Source: Octopus sinensis
Lineage: Eukaryota
Assembly: GCF_006345805.1 (NCBI RefSeq)
Contig: NC_043024.1
Coordinates: 7,874,001 to 7,938,000, forward strand
Direction of reading: 5' to 3'
Length of the DNA: 64,000 bases
The number at the start of each line of letters is the position of its first letter. Positions within the stretch are counted from its first letter, which is position 1. The notes under the pieces are model-generated. The model searched no databases and had not been told where the DNA came from. It was given only the letters and a program-made list of their open reading frames with translations. Both the position numbers and the translations under genes were made by a program. Shown in pieces: positions 13,001-25,365 of this stretch.

Positions 13001-16000
13001 GTGTGTGTATACATTTTTGGTGGGATACCCTATATATATATGGACAAATTCAACTTAGGTGAAGATTTCAAATCCTTATTGTCAAACAAAATCATGGTAC
13101 AAGAAAGAAAAAAAGTAAAGACAACAGCTATGTTCCTAACTTGGTCATTACAAATGATAGTTTTCAGATGACTTGCAGCCAAGATATTATAGACAATTTA
13201 TCGGTACAAATATGATCGACTATGTTATTATATATAACCAAATATATTTCTATTCACTAAATACAACAAATGGAAAAGATTAAGTGAAAGGTTCCAAAAG
13301 AATTCAAAAAAATATGTAATATTTTAAAGAAACATCAATATAGATAATAAAACAGGAACTGGTACTGGCTCATTTACAATCAATAATAGACGTAGTCACA
13401 AATAGCTACTCGACTCCTCTACACACTTTTATATAAAAAACAGTGTGCGGAGTGCATGCATGAAAGAGCAATTATTTAACACCCGTTACTATTACTTTGG
13501 AATAGGAGGCAATGCATGCTTTTTTTTTATATATATATCTGAAAGTCACTCTACATGAAGCCAAAATACCAATTGTCCCAATGAAGTTTTCCCAATAGAA
13601 CACAAGAAATGTAATAAGTGTCAAATATTCACTTTCATGGAGTTTATATTTGAAGAGCATCAAACGTGTTGGAGAGTCCCATAGGCAACCGTTGACACAT
13701 TTCATATTAAAAATGAAGTTCAAGTGAACATCCTAATATTCTATTCAGTTTTATTGCAAAGAACTGAATTAGATGGCTTCTTGGTATCGCCAAAAAAACA
13801 CCCACAGGGGTTTTATACCACCAAGATCATTTTTACACTGTGATAAGAAAGATATCACAGAAACAAAATATTGAATTACAAAATTTTGATTAAAGCTGTA
13901 TTAAAAAATACATAAATTTGTAGGATAAATAGAGTGCGCATAATAGGAATTGTTTTTACAGCATGTGCCAAATCAATTTATTTTACTGAAGTTGTTTTGT
14001 ATTAGCGGTACACAAGTGGAGATTTGATACAATTTTACATATAGAAATGTGATAGTATAATTGAATAAGTTTCACTTAGGTGAATTGTCCTGGAGAAACT
14101 CACTAAGAAAGTATATGAAATTACTCAAATAGCAATTGATATATGGCCTAGAACTAGCAATGTAAACCAGGTTTATAAATGACTGCTATTTATATCACAA
14201 GATTAAACATTGTCAAGTGAAGACTGAATCCAACACGAGTCTACCAAGACAACTATCATAGATTCCACATGATCGGAGTCAATGCTTACGTCACAATACT
14301 ATAACCCTAACTGAAGTGGGGGTAGGGAAAAACAAACTTTTCTTTACATCAAGTTCAGCAGCTTGGATTTGGTCAACACATACAAATCAATAAACGTTAT
14401 TTTAAAATAGATTTCTTGTTAAACAAATCCTAGATAATTTATATGTGGAGATGAAGCTGGAGTTTATTTTTCACAATACTATAAACACAATTATGAAAAC
14501 TGACCAAAAATGGTCAGGATTTTTTTCTTCTTCCCCGGTACTGATTTTGGTTGTTTCAGCTACCAATTTTTTTTTTTTAATTCTCCAACTGATTGGGGTG
14601 AAATTGTGTAAAGATGAGACACAAGACCCAAGGACCATTAAAAAGAGAAACTTGTATAGCTACCGCTCTAAATTACATATACAACTTCAATGTACCAGGA
14701 TATTTTTCAATCCACTTGGAGGTGGGGGGGATTTTTGAAAAAATTTATAGGTCCTTTAAATCAGCAACTATAAATAAAATTTTCACTTACCATTCTGTTG
14801 GGGACACTTTGATTCATTTTAACCTAAAAGGATACAGTTAAATATATAAGCAAAAGTAAAACATTTATTCAAGTTTTTATTTTAGTTCACATAAAACCCA
14901 AGAATGAAAAGAAATTCGAAGAAAAGAGTTATGTAACATTTACCATAGAATTTGCAGTCATTCCTCCACCCGTTGGGCCTCCACCCATATTAGAGTTGCT
15001 AGTATTGCCACTGCCACCAGGTCCTCCACCCATGTTCTGTCCACCCATAGGTCCTTGGTTACTGTAATTGTAACCACCACTCATACTTCCTCCACCAGTC
15101 ATCTACAAAATGAAATCAATTGTCAGTTATCTACTCTTCAGTTCAAAACAAACAAGCTCCACTTGTGATACAAATATGCAATATTTAAAAAGCACTGAGA
15201 TTATAAAACCCATTGAGCTTTCATTAAAAAAAAAATTTACCTGATTCTGGCCAGGTCTGTCGAGTCCCATAGCTGCAGGAGGTGGGGGAGGTGGTGGGAG
15301 AGGAGGTGCACCAGTGTTGGTGTTTCTACCTCTCTGTTGATTATCATTCATTGCTGGACTACCACCCTACAGAGAAAATAAATGCTAGTTTAACTATCAA
15401 CAACAGACTTGTTACTATTACTGACATCACTGATCGCATGCTACGACAGCCAATGAAAATACACCAAGTTTTTAAGTGGAACAAGAAAAAAAAACCTGCT
15501 TCCATACATCACTATTTTAAACTAAACAAAACATTTCTGGTGACTTATGTAATGTATTGTAGCAACTAACATAATACCATCTTTATTATATAAAGCACTG
15601 ATAAAGTAAAGTTCCAAGAATATGAAGCTATTTGAACCAAGAGAAAGTACTGAAATTCCAATCAAGTTAACTAGTATTTTTTAAGTATAATAAAATTCTT
15701 AAACTGATTAAATTTTTTAAATGTGAAAGGTTCTGAACACAGAACCTCTCTATATTCTTATAATTCCTTACATTTTTCTAAGAACATTTTTGTAAATGAA
15801 AAAAGCATGAAATTTGAATGAAATTCAAAATGCACAAAAAACAATTTAATATAATTCAAATTTTTCTGCATGGGCTGCAGGACAAACATAGGTCAAGCGG
15901 AACAATTCAACTCTAAAATTAAAAAATAGAAAAAAGCACTTGCCTGTCTTCCCATCATATCCCCTGGCCGATCCCTACCCATAGATTCTTGTCCCATTTG

Positions 16001-19000
16001 TCGACGACGAATTTCCTGGGATCTCAACAGTAAATCTGTACGCCTTCGGTCGTCTTCTTGCCGTCGCCTTTCTTCGTCCTGGCGCCTGTTTGGATATCAA
16101 TTTAAGAGAAAATTTATATAAGTAAAAATTGTCCAAACTTCTGAGCAGAAAACGATACATTCAGGCAATTAAGTTTTTCGTATGGAAAAAAAAGAAAACA
16201 ATTTACCTCATTTCTAATTCTTGCCTACGGCGAATTTGTTCTTGTTGGCGTATTTCTTCAAGTCTTCTAAGTTCTTCCTGCTGTCGCAGTAAGTCTTAAG
16301 GGAAAGTACAGTAAAAGATTATTGAAAATTGGCTGCAATGAATAAGGACAACACACACTACACATTCTACTACATTACCTGTGCCCACTGATGTCAGTTT
16401 CTATACAATCAGGTATTCAACAACACATATCTGAAAAGGGAGGGGAAATCAACACTCAAGATAAAAACATACCTTGACGGATCATTTCAGCTTGTTGTTC
16501 AAACATTGCATTTTCCATTTCATCTTCCAATTTGAGGCGAGACTCTTCCATAGCTTTCTTGACACCTTCATGCTGTTGTTTCTCAAGTTCTTCAAGTTCT
16601 TTCCAGCGCAGACCAAACTCATATTCAAAAGAGCCGGGAGGTGCAAAGCGGGGTTCTGATTCTCTGTCCCTGTTATCATTAAGGTAAATATTTAGTAACG
16701 AGTATATTAAGAAAAAGTTTACGAGTAGGCTAGAAATACAAGAAAATTCGGAAAACTCACTTCTTGTAGGCATCAGTTTTATTGATGAACTTTTCCGGAT
16801 ATCCATCTTCTTCGTCCTTTTGGTCAAGGGGTTCGACTGTCACTGGACGTGGAGCACTATTTAAAAGATGATGAGTTAAGATTTCAAAATTGGCAAGACA
16901 TTGAAAATTGTCAACATTAATAAGAAAGAAAAAAAAAAGAATTTACTTACGATGACAGAAGAAAAACACCCTCAGTTATTCTTTTATATGCGGCTTGAGC
17001 ACCAGGTTTTCTTGCAAACTCTACAATTCCTTCACCTGTTGGCCGACCTCTATCATCAACTATGACAACTGCTCGTTCAACCTCACCAAATTGGGAAAAT
17101 GCTTGATGTAACAATTCATTAGAGACGTGTTGTGATAGATTTTTCACTTTTAAGGCAGAACCTAATGATGCATAACGAACACGCAGTGTTCTTCCTTTGC
17201 GTTGCATGCCATCAAGAGCAGCTTTTGCGGCTTCTGCATTGTGACGATAATCCTACAGAAAAGAGGAAGATAAAATGGGGGGGGAAATATTACCAATAAA
17301 TAATTTGAACTACATCTCACAAATTCTCTATTAATTGCCTATAACAGCTGCAATATTCAAATTAGAGCAAGTGCAAACCCTAACTCATTTTTGTACTAAC
17401 ATTGCCTTGATGTTGGAAAGAGTCCAGCTATCAAAGTCTGATAAACTTTTGCCAAAGTCAAAATAATGAGTTATTGATCAACTACATAAAGGAGCAATCT
17501 ATGTATTTAAAAATAAAATTTATCAGATAACTACATATTTGTTAAGTGGGAATAAATGGCATGTGTAAGAGGTTATTACCAACAAAAACAGTATGGCATT
17601 TTGTCATCATAATTGTGTGTTTAAGCCTTCAATAACTTCCTAAACAAAATTATATATTTCAGGTGTTTTGCTTACTATTAACATTTAGAATTTATATAAT
17701 ACCGTTGGGATATATTCAACAAATAATCATGTTTATGCATATGTTTTTATAGCATAATATCTACTTTTGATTGAAGTTGAAACAGCTTTAAACCTCAAAA
17801 TTTTTTTCTCAAATATTTGTAAGCTGTCTTCTAAATCCACACCATGTTTAATCAAGATATATTTTACTATTTTCCACGACACATTCAATCTTACAAAGCC
17901 ATTACTTTTCACCAAGACTACAAAATGTATTCGACGTTTGTTATGGCCATCTCATCTGAAAAGCCACACTAGTGTTATCACATCAGAGATTATCAAATTT
18001 TACCGTGAATTGAAATATTAATGAAAGCAAATAATTCATTACAAAGGTGGAGTTTAAAAACATCTTGAAATCTATCTGTATGATGATACACCACAAACTA
18101 TTTTATCATCTGATGTTATTCATCAGTATGAAGTTCTCCATAACAGAATTCTAATTCAGTTTTTAGGTGTCTGTATGTGCACACATATACATACACAAAT
18201 ACATATTCAAAAATGTGTCTGTATTTACACACATATACATACACAAATACATATTCAAAAATGTATATTGAGAGAGGAATAGAGCTATAAAGATATTTTA
18301 ATATGCCTCTATATCTCATTTCGAGTTGAATTTAACCGAGAATGCTAAAGCTCGAGATATATAACCTTAAAATTACGTGTGCCTGATTGCTGGCAACTTT
18401 CCAAAAAAGAGACTTCACATTTTTCACTGTCTATAACCTCAAACATACTTTCCACCTCACCACACAACAGTTCTAAAACACACTATTCATATCTTGTCAA
18501 CACAGCCACTCATTTCCACTAGCCTCATCATATTCAAGTAAAAATCTAGAACACTGATGCATCAGTATGAGATAAAAGTTTTTGTTTTATCATGATTTAA
18601 ACTATTAAGATGACCAACAGAGCCATTTTCTATATATTTAACTAGCAGTATCGCCCGGCGTTGCTCGGGTTTGTAAGGGAAATAACTATAGAAGCATTTT
18701 TAGAGAGTTATAGCCAAAAAATGGGGGGGGTGATGGGTTTTTTTTTTATCGTTGACTCATCGTAGACATTTTTAGAGAGTTACTTCCCTTATATAATAGC
18801 GAATAAATGCATTAAAATGGGGGAAAATGATGGTAAATTATTTTTAAATCGTAGACTCATGCTAATACCCAAAAGATACACGCTTTTGGTTACACTGCAC
18901 CGCAAAATGTGGGAGTAGTTAGGAATCTAAATCGTAGGAGACAGACACACAACTTGACTTTTATACATAAAGATGAACTATGCAGAAATCCTAATACTTC

Positions 19001-22000
19001 ATAAATACAAAACCAGAAAAATTTACGCTGAAATCAGTATTCAACAACAAATTCTGGATGTGATAAATTTTTTTTTTAAAGTACCACAAGCTTCTGAAAA
19101 CAGAATCAGCTATAATTATATTCAGTATTACAAAGAACCTCTATGATTTTGTTAATATTTATTAAGAGCTTAATTTTTTTTAAGGCTAAATTCTTATTTT
19201 TACTCATATTTGTTGATACATCAACATACTTGATTTATAACAAAGTTTTTTGAGTAACTACTCATAACAACATTCTTAAACAGAAAAATAGCCGTAGTTT
19301 CTTGAATTCCTAATTTGACCATATGCTTTAGGAAATCAATCACCATCAGACATCCTCTTTCTATGTTGGCATGGCCTAGGCCTGTCAACATTTAAGGGAT
19401 ACTGCTCCCAAAAACTGGTTGGTGCATGTTCTTGTGCTACCAACACTAAATTGGCTGAAATCCAACACCTTCTCTACTGATTGTCCTATCACTTTACACT
19501 TGTGCTGCTTACATCTTTGTAGTACCAGCCCAAGGGAAATTACCTCACTCATCTGCAGAGGGAGCACAGAAGGTTCAGTTGAAATATATGTAAAAACCTT
19601 AAACGAGTAGAATTCCTTAGACATTATGTCCTAAAAACCACAAGGTATTTATGCTGTACATAGACTACTATATGCACACAATATTGGCACTACCCTACAC
19701 GACACGAGTTCAAGAAATTAAAAGTACACTTCAGTAATTCTTATTAGAAACAAAAATTAAATGCAGAAATATACTCTATGAATGAATGCATTTATGGATT
19801 GAGTACTTTGTTGTGCCATCTCATCATCTAAAACATTTTAATTAAGTTCAAATGAATTTGATTTATAAATTAAATTGAAACTATACTATTTCTATTAAAA
19901 CATCATGTCCTAAAAATTAAACAAAATCAGTAGCCATTTAAATTCAGATATTTTGAGAATTGAAACTCATGAAATGAGGTCACTATTTTTCTAAAAGCTG
20001 ACCTTAGAAATTAGAATTCTTGACCTTGAAAATCAAATACAAATTAGAACCTAAGAAGGATGGAATTGAAAAACTGTTAACACAGGGATAACTTTTAAAA
20101 CTAATGACTTAAAATATCTTCCATTTTTTTCTTTTCAAATGAAAAGCAAGTAAAAGTGATTCAGGAATGGTTTAGACAATTACATATATGGAGGATATTT
20201 TTTTTATTCTGCCCATCTAACAGCAAGTAATTTCTCATCTCCATTTAACCCATTAACAACTAAAACACAGGAAAGAAAAGTAGTCTATTTTTTGATGAAT
20301 CACATGTAATGCTCAGAAGAACAAAGCAAAAGTAATGGTTGTCACAAGACATTATGGTTGCATAAGTATTCTAGCAGCTTTAATACACACAAGATGGTGA
20401 TTTGGCACTAACATTAGCACAACAAAATGCCTTGAAGTATTTAGTTCATACTCTTTACATTCTGGGATCAAACCTGCTTGTCAATTGTCATGCAGCTTTT
20501 TGAGAACCAAAAAAAAAGTTACTACTCTAGTACTAGATTCAAATTAATAGTAATAATAGTAATTGATGACCAGGTTTCTCAGCAAGACATTGAGAACTTC
20601 TTGCGACTGAGGATAAATGACTTCTTTCTTATATTTCAGTTAAGTTGTTAATAGTTAAATGTAAACTCCAAACGCCACAGTATCTTAGGAGCAGCAACTT
20701 TAGGTATCATTAGCTTCACAAGAGAATATCATGTTGTATCAATCTTAAAATTTAATGAGGGTATGTGATGCCCCAGTCATCCTAGCCAGAATGGAATTTG
20801 ACAGAAGACAAGCACACATCAATATTTACTTGGGTGTCTGTAAAGAGTATATTTATGAAATTCACTTCTCAACTATATGGTTTAAAGTGTAATCCCATTA
20901 CATGGTATGTTGGGAAAGTTTTCAGCAATAAGTCTCAAGTTAACCACAGCTCTAACTAAATTTTTGTAGATGGGAACTATGTGTGCACATGAACCATGTC
21001 TGCACTAATATCAATGTGGACAGCAATACCAACTGTTCTGTATCTTAGCACTTTCAAACAATGGGATAAGCATTTATACCTCAAGAAATCTTGTCCAATT
21101 CCTACCAGCACAGAAAAGGGACAAAGTGTAATTAAAAATCATTTAATTTTCGGTGCAAAGTACCTTGTATTACAACAACATTCATGTCAGGAAGTATAAT
21201 TTATTTCAAGTAATATTCATAGCCACTTCAACATGGCTGTCCATCCAAATGGACTTCGCAATTTTTTAAGCCCCAAAATACATCCCAACCAGCTGGTTAT
21301 TTCAATTAAAATTAGATTGTAAACAATGTTCTGGGCTAAGTAGCCCACCCTAAATTTCTTTTCCAATAGAAAATGAGGGATTTTTTTTTAACATGAAAAT
21401 TTACACATCTTTAAAAAAAAATCGACAAATGGGATATCTGAAATCATTCTCCAACCACAATACAATTGCTCCCCATCCCCATATTTAACTATACTTTTTT
21501 TTAGAAAGATTCTGAAAATGTTATTTATGTTGCTTACTTCAAATGCAGAGAAGTAGAGACATCTGAAATAGTCAATGTTACTGCTTGATGTCACAACTCT
21601 GTACTACATAAATGCAGAACATCCAAGATCCTAGAAATAGTGGGGGGATTTTTCTTCATGAGCACGAGATGGTCTACCATGACACCAGACTTGTAAAAGT
21701 TAAATCTCTTAGGGATATAAGTGTCTATAGGATATGTCATTTAACTTAATTCCCTAAGTCTGCCCCACACAATGCAAAGTGAATCAAGCATGTACTAAGA
21801 AACCTGGAAGAGGCAGACGAAATTAGGATGGTTGAGTAAAGATACTTTGAGAATATGGAAATGGCAAGGAAGAGAGTGCACAATATCATTTGCTCAAATA
21901 GCTGCTATATTATCAACAGTTTCTCTCTATTCAGCTGTTAATTCATTACTACCATGTTGGATGTAGGCCTATTCTGCTCACAGGAGGCAACTGATACATG

Positions 22001-25000
22001 ATGGAACTCAAAACACTGCTAAAGTATCTTGTTCCAAAGCACTAAAACTTTTGTCAATTCATTATATTCATGTGTATGTAAATGTGCTTTGTACAAGTGT
22101 GATTAAAGCGTGATCTTGTAAGCATGACACTACTTAATCACATATTTGCATGTAATATCACAAATGTGTTTGTGTGCTGCTATTGTCGTTTAGCATAAGA
22201 TAAGTTCTGGTCATATAAATCTACCATATAAGGCATTCACTTCAATCACAACTATCCCAGCTTTTTTATTCTAGTATTTGGAAGTGCATTACCCCTGGTG
22301 ACAGGGATAGGCAGATGTGGCTGTTATCTTTAGTAGGTCATACAACTATGTAGACTCCACTACTGGCTCAAGTTTGTGGGCGTTTTGTTGTTGGATACCA
22401 CTACTTTTAATACTTCTCATACAACGCAACAAAACAGAAAAATAGGCTACAGAAAGAGTGAGTATCACAGAAAATGAAAGAAATAGTAAGACACTGTAGA
22501 AACTATGTGATTAGAGTTCTTATTGGTCATTTGACCAGCTAGAAATGTCATCATGTAAGACAAGTCAGTTGCATGAACAAATGGTTTTCTTTCTCTCCAA
22601 ACATTGCTCATCCACTAATCACTTTACATACCATATTAGGTACATTTTATTGTAGCACCAGTACCAGTGGAATATATAGGGTTGAAGGGGGTGGTTAAAA
22701 AAAAAAAAGATTATATGATAGGAGAAACCAATTCATGTGAGGAGAGTGTAAGCGGCAGAAATGGAAGATAGTGTTGTAAGGAGTAAGAAGGAACAGTAAC
22801 TACAAAGAATAGAGGAAGAGAGAACATGCAGAGACTGAGAATGGTCAATGGTATAACTGTCATCAATATGAACTTGGCAGAGGAGGAGGTGGGCTGGAAT
22901 TGAGGATAAAGGTGGTAATGTTAAAGGAGTGATCCAAGAGAAGTGAAGTAGTGACAAGCAGTACAGAGGATAAGACTATGGACATCTATGTCTGCAAATT
23001 GGAGAACATGCTATGCTTGGGGTTGTATTGGATGCCATACAGCTGATGTAAACCTTTGGTACACAGACGTGTTCAAGGGGTATTAGTATCATACAATTCA
23101 ATATAATATCTCAAGATACAAGCAGTGGTAGACAGGGTTATTGAATATAGACAGATGTAATGTTTTTTTTCTAAATTCAAGGCACTATAGATAGAAAAGA
23201 CAGGTGAGGTGATAATGAATAAGCAAAAAAGCCAATAACAAATTCTCTCTGTTTAATGCTGCATATATCCTACTTATCCTGTAGTTCAGTTGTGCAACTA
23301 ATGCACTTAAGTTCAATTCATTTCTTTGTAACATTCTCAAATCCTCTGCACTCAAGGACCACACATTAAACTTAGCAGACAAAAGCATCATACACCCTGC
23401 CCTTCACTCCTAGAAAAAAAAGCTTTTGTTATAAGCAAAGGTAATAATTCTTTCAAGCTTCTCCAACCAGCTTTACTTGAGCACATTTCCAGAACACCTA
23501 CCCATAACTGCTAAGTGGATTATAGTCTGCACATGTTAGTGTACCCTACGACTGAACCTCAAATTATTAAAGACAAAGGTTGACCATAGAAACATATAAA
23601 CAAACTTAAGTGATCCAATGCTCTGATGATGGCAAATAAACATTGTATACACATATAAACAAATTCACACGTACATATGACAGTGCATAACATGTATAAA
23701 GTGGCACAAATAATATAACGAATTTAGCGTGGGGAAGTGGAATATCCAAAGTTTCGGTCAGAGGCCTTCTTCAGAATTAGGATAACAGGAGTGGAGAGGA
23801 AAGACAACAGTTTTACATCCTCTACGTGAGAGGATGTAAATTTGTTGTCTTTCCTTTCCCCCGCTTCCTGTCGTCCGAAACCGAAGGAATATCTCTTAGC
23901 AAAGTTCATTACATTTTTTTCCATATAAGTATTGATGACACAGACCACTAACAGTCTCTTCGAAGTCTATCTCAAACATGCAAACACACGCAATTAAACA
24001 TGTACATACATACATACATATACTGATATACACGTTTTACGAAGCTTGTAAAGTCGTCGGATATTGGCCTTGAGGCCAATCAATTTATCGAATGGTTAGT
24101 GTCGAGGGGCTGCCTTGTTCCTGACAAACCTAAGGTATATTCGATCTTATGCGTGTCTACACACAAATATAGTACGTGGGAAAATGAAAACCCGTTTTTA
24201 AATATTTCTACTGAAAGCAATAATCACACTAGATCCTTTATTTTCTCAAGACACTATTATTGCCCTTATAGGTATAATTGTCCCTGGCGAATTAAAATCC
24301 GAACCTGAGCACCTCTACCTTATTACCTTGCATTTCAAATTAAAAAACACACCTAGAATAAGCATAACTATTTTTTCAGTCATTTAACTGCGGCCATGCT
24401 GGAGCATCGCCTTTAGTCGAAGAAATCAACTACAAGACTTTGAGCTTACTTATTCTATCGACTCCTCTTGCCGAACCGCAAATTGACGAGGACGTAAACA
24501 CACCAACGGTACTACGCTAGCTAGTCGTAACTAGTCGATCCTTTGTGTTTTTTGTTTTATTTACTGTTTTAAAAAAATGATTTACTTTGTGTTTTATTTA
24601 CTTTGCTAGGTAGTCGTAGGATCGACTAGTTAGCGCGGATGCGCGAGCGCGCACACCGGGACAACTCTTCTTACGTAGTACCCACACCAACATCATTTGT
24701 CAAGACACAAATACATACACGACGGGCTTCTCTAACAGTTTCCGTCTACTAAATCCACTCACAAGGTCTTGGTCGACCCGAGGCTATAGAAAACACTCGT
24801 TAAATGTCATTGCAGATTTCTTTTAATTAATTGAACGGACGGACGGACGGACAGACAGAGTTAACCCCGTCGGATCATATCTCAAAATTTATTCAGCCAT
24901 TGTCATGTTCAACAAACTACACAATCAAGAGAAGGTTAACCGTACACCTGAAAGATAAGTTTCTAATAGCTAAAATTTAAGCTGATAATCACCGAGTTTA

Positions 25001-25322
25001 TTTAACTCGGCACACCTAAGTATTTCTAGTTGGATTTTTTAATAATGCATTGGATGTTAGCACTAACCTTAACTTTAATCTCATAGTTACATCAACATTA
25101 CATATTAAAAAGCTTTATATATATATATATTTCCTTACTGCCCAGAAGGGGCAAAACATAGAGAGGACAAACAAAGACAGACAGAAGGGATTGAGTCGTT
25201 TATATCGCCCCCAGAGCGAAACTGGTACTTTATTTATCGACTCCGAAAGGATGAAAGGCAAAGTTGACCTCGGCGAAATTTGAACTCAGAACGTAACGAC
25301 TGTTCTATAACTTACAGCGTGC

Positions 25323-25365
<43 letters not shown>

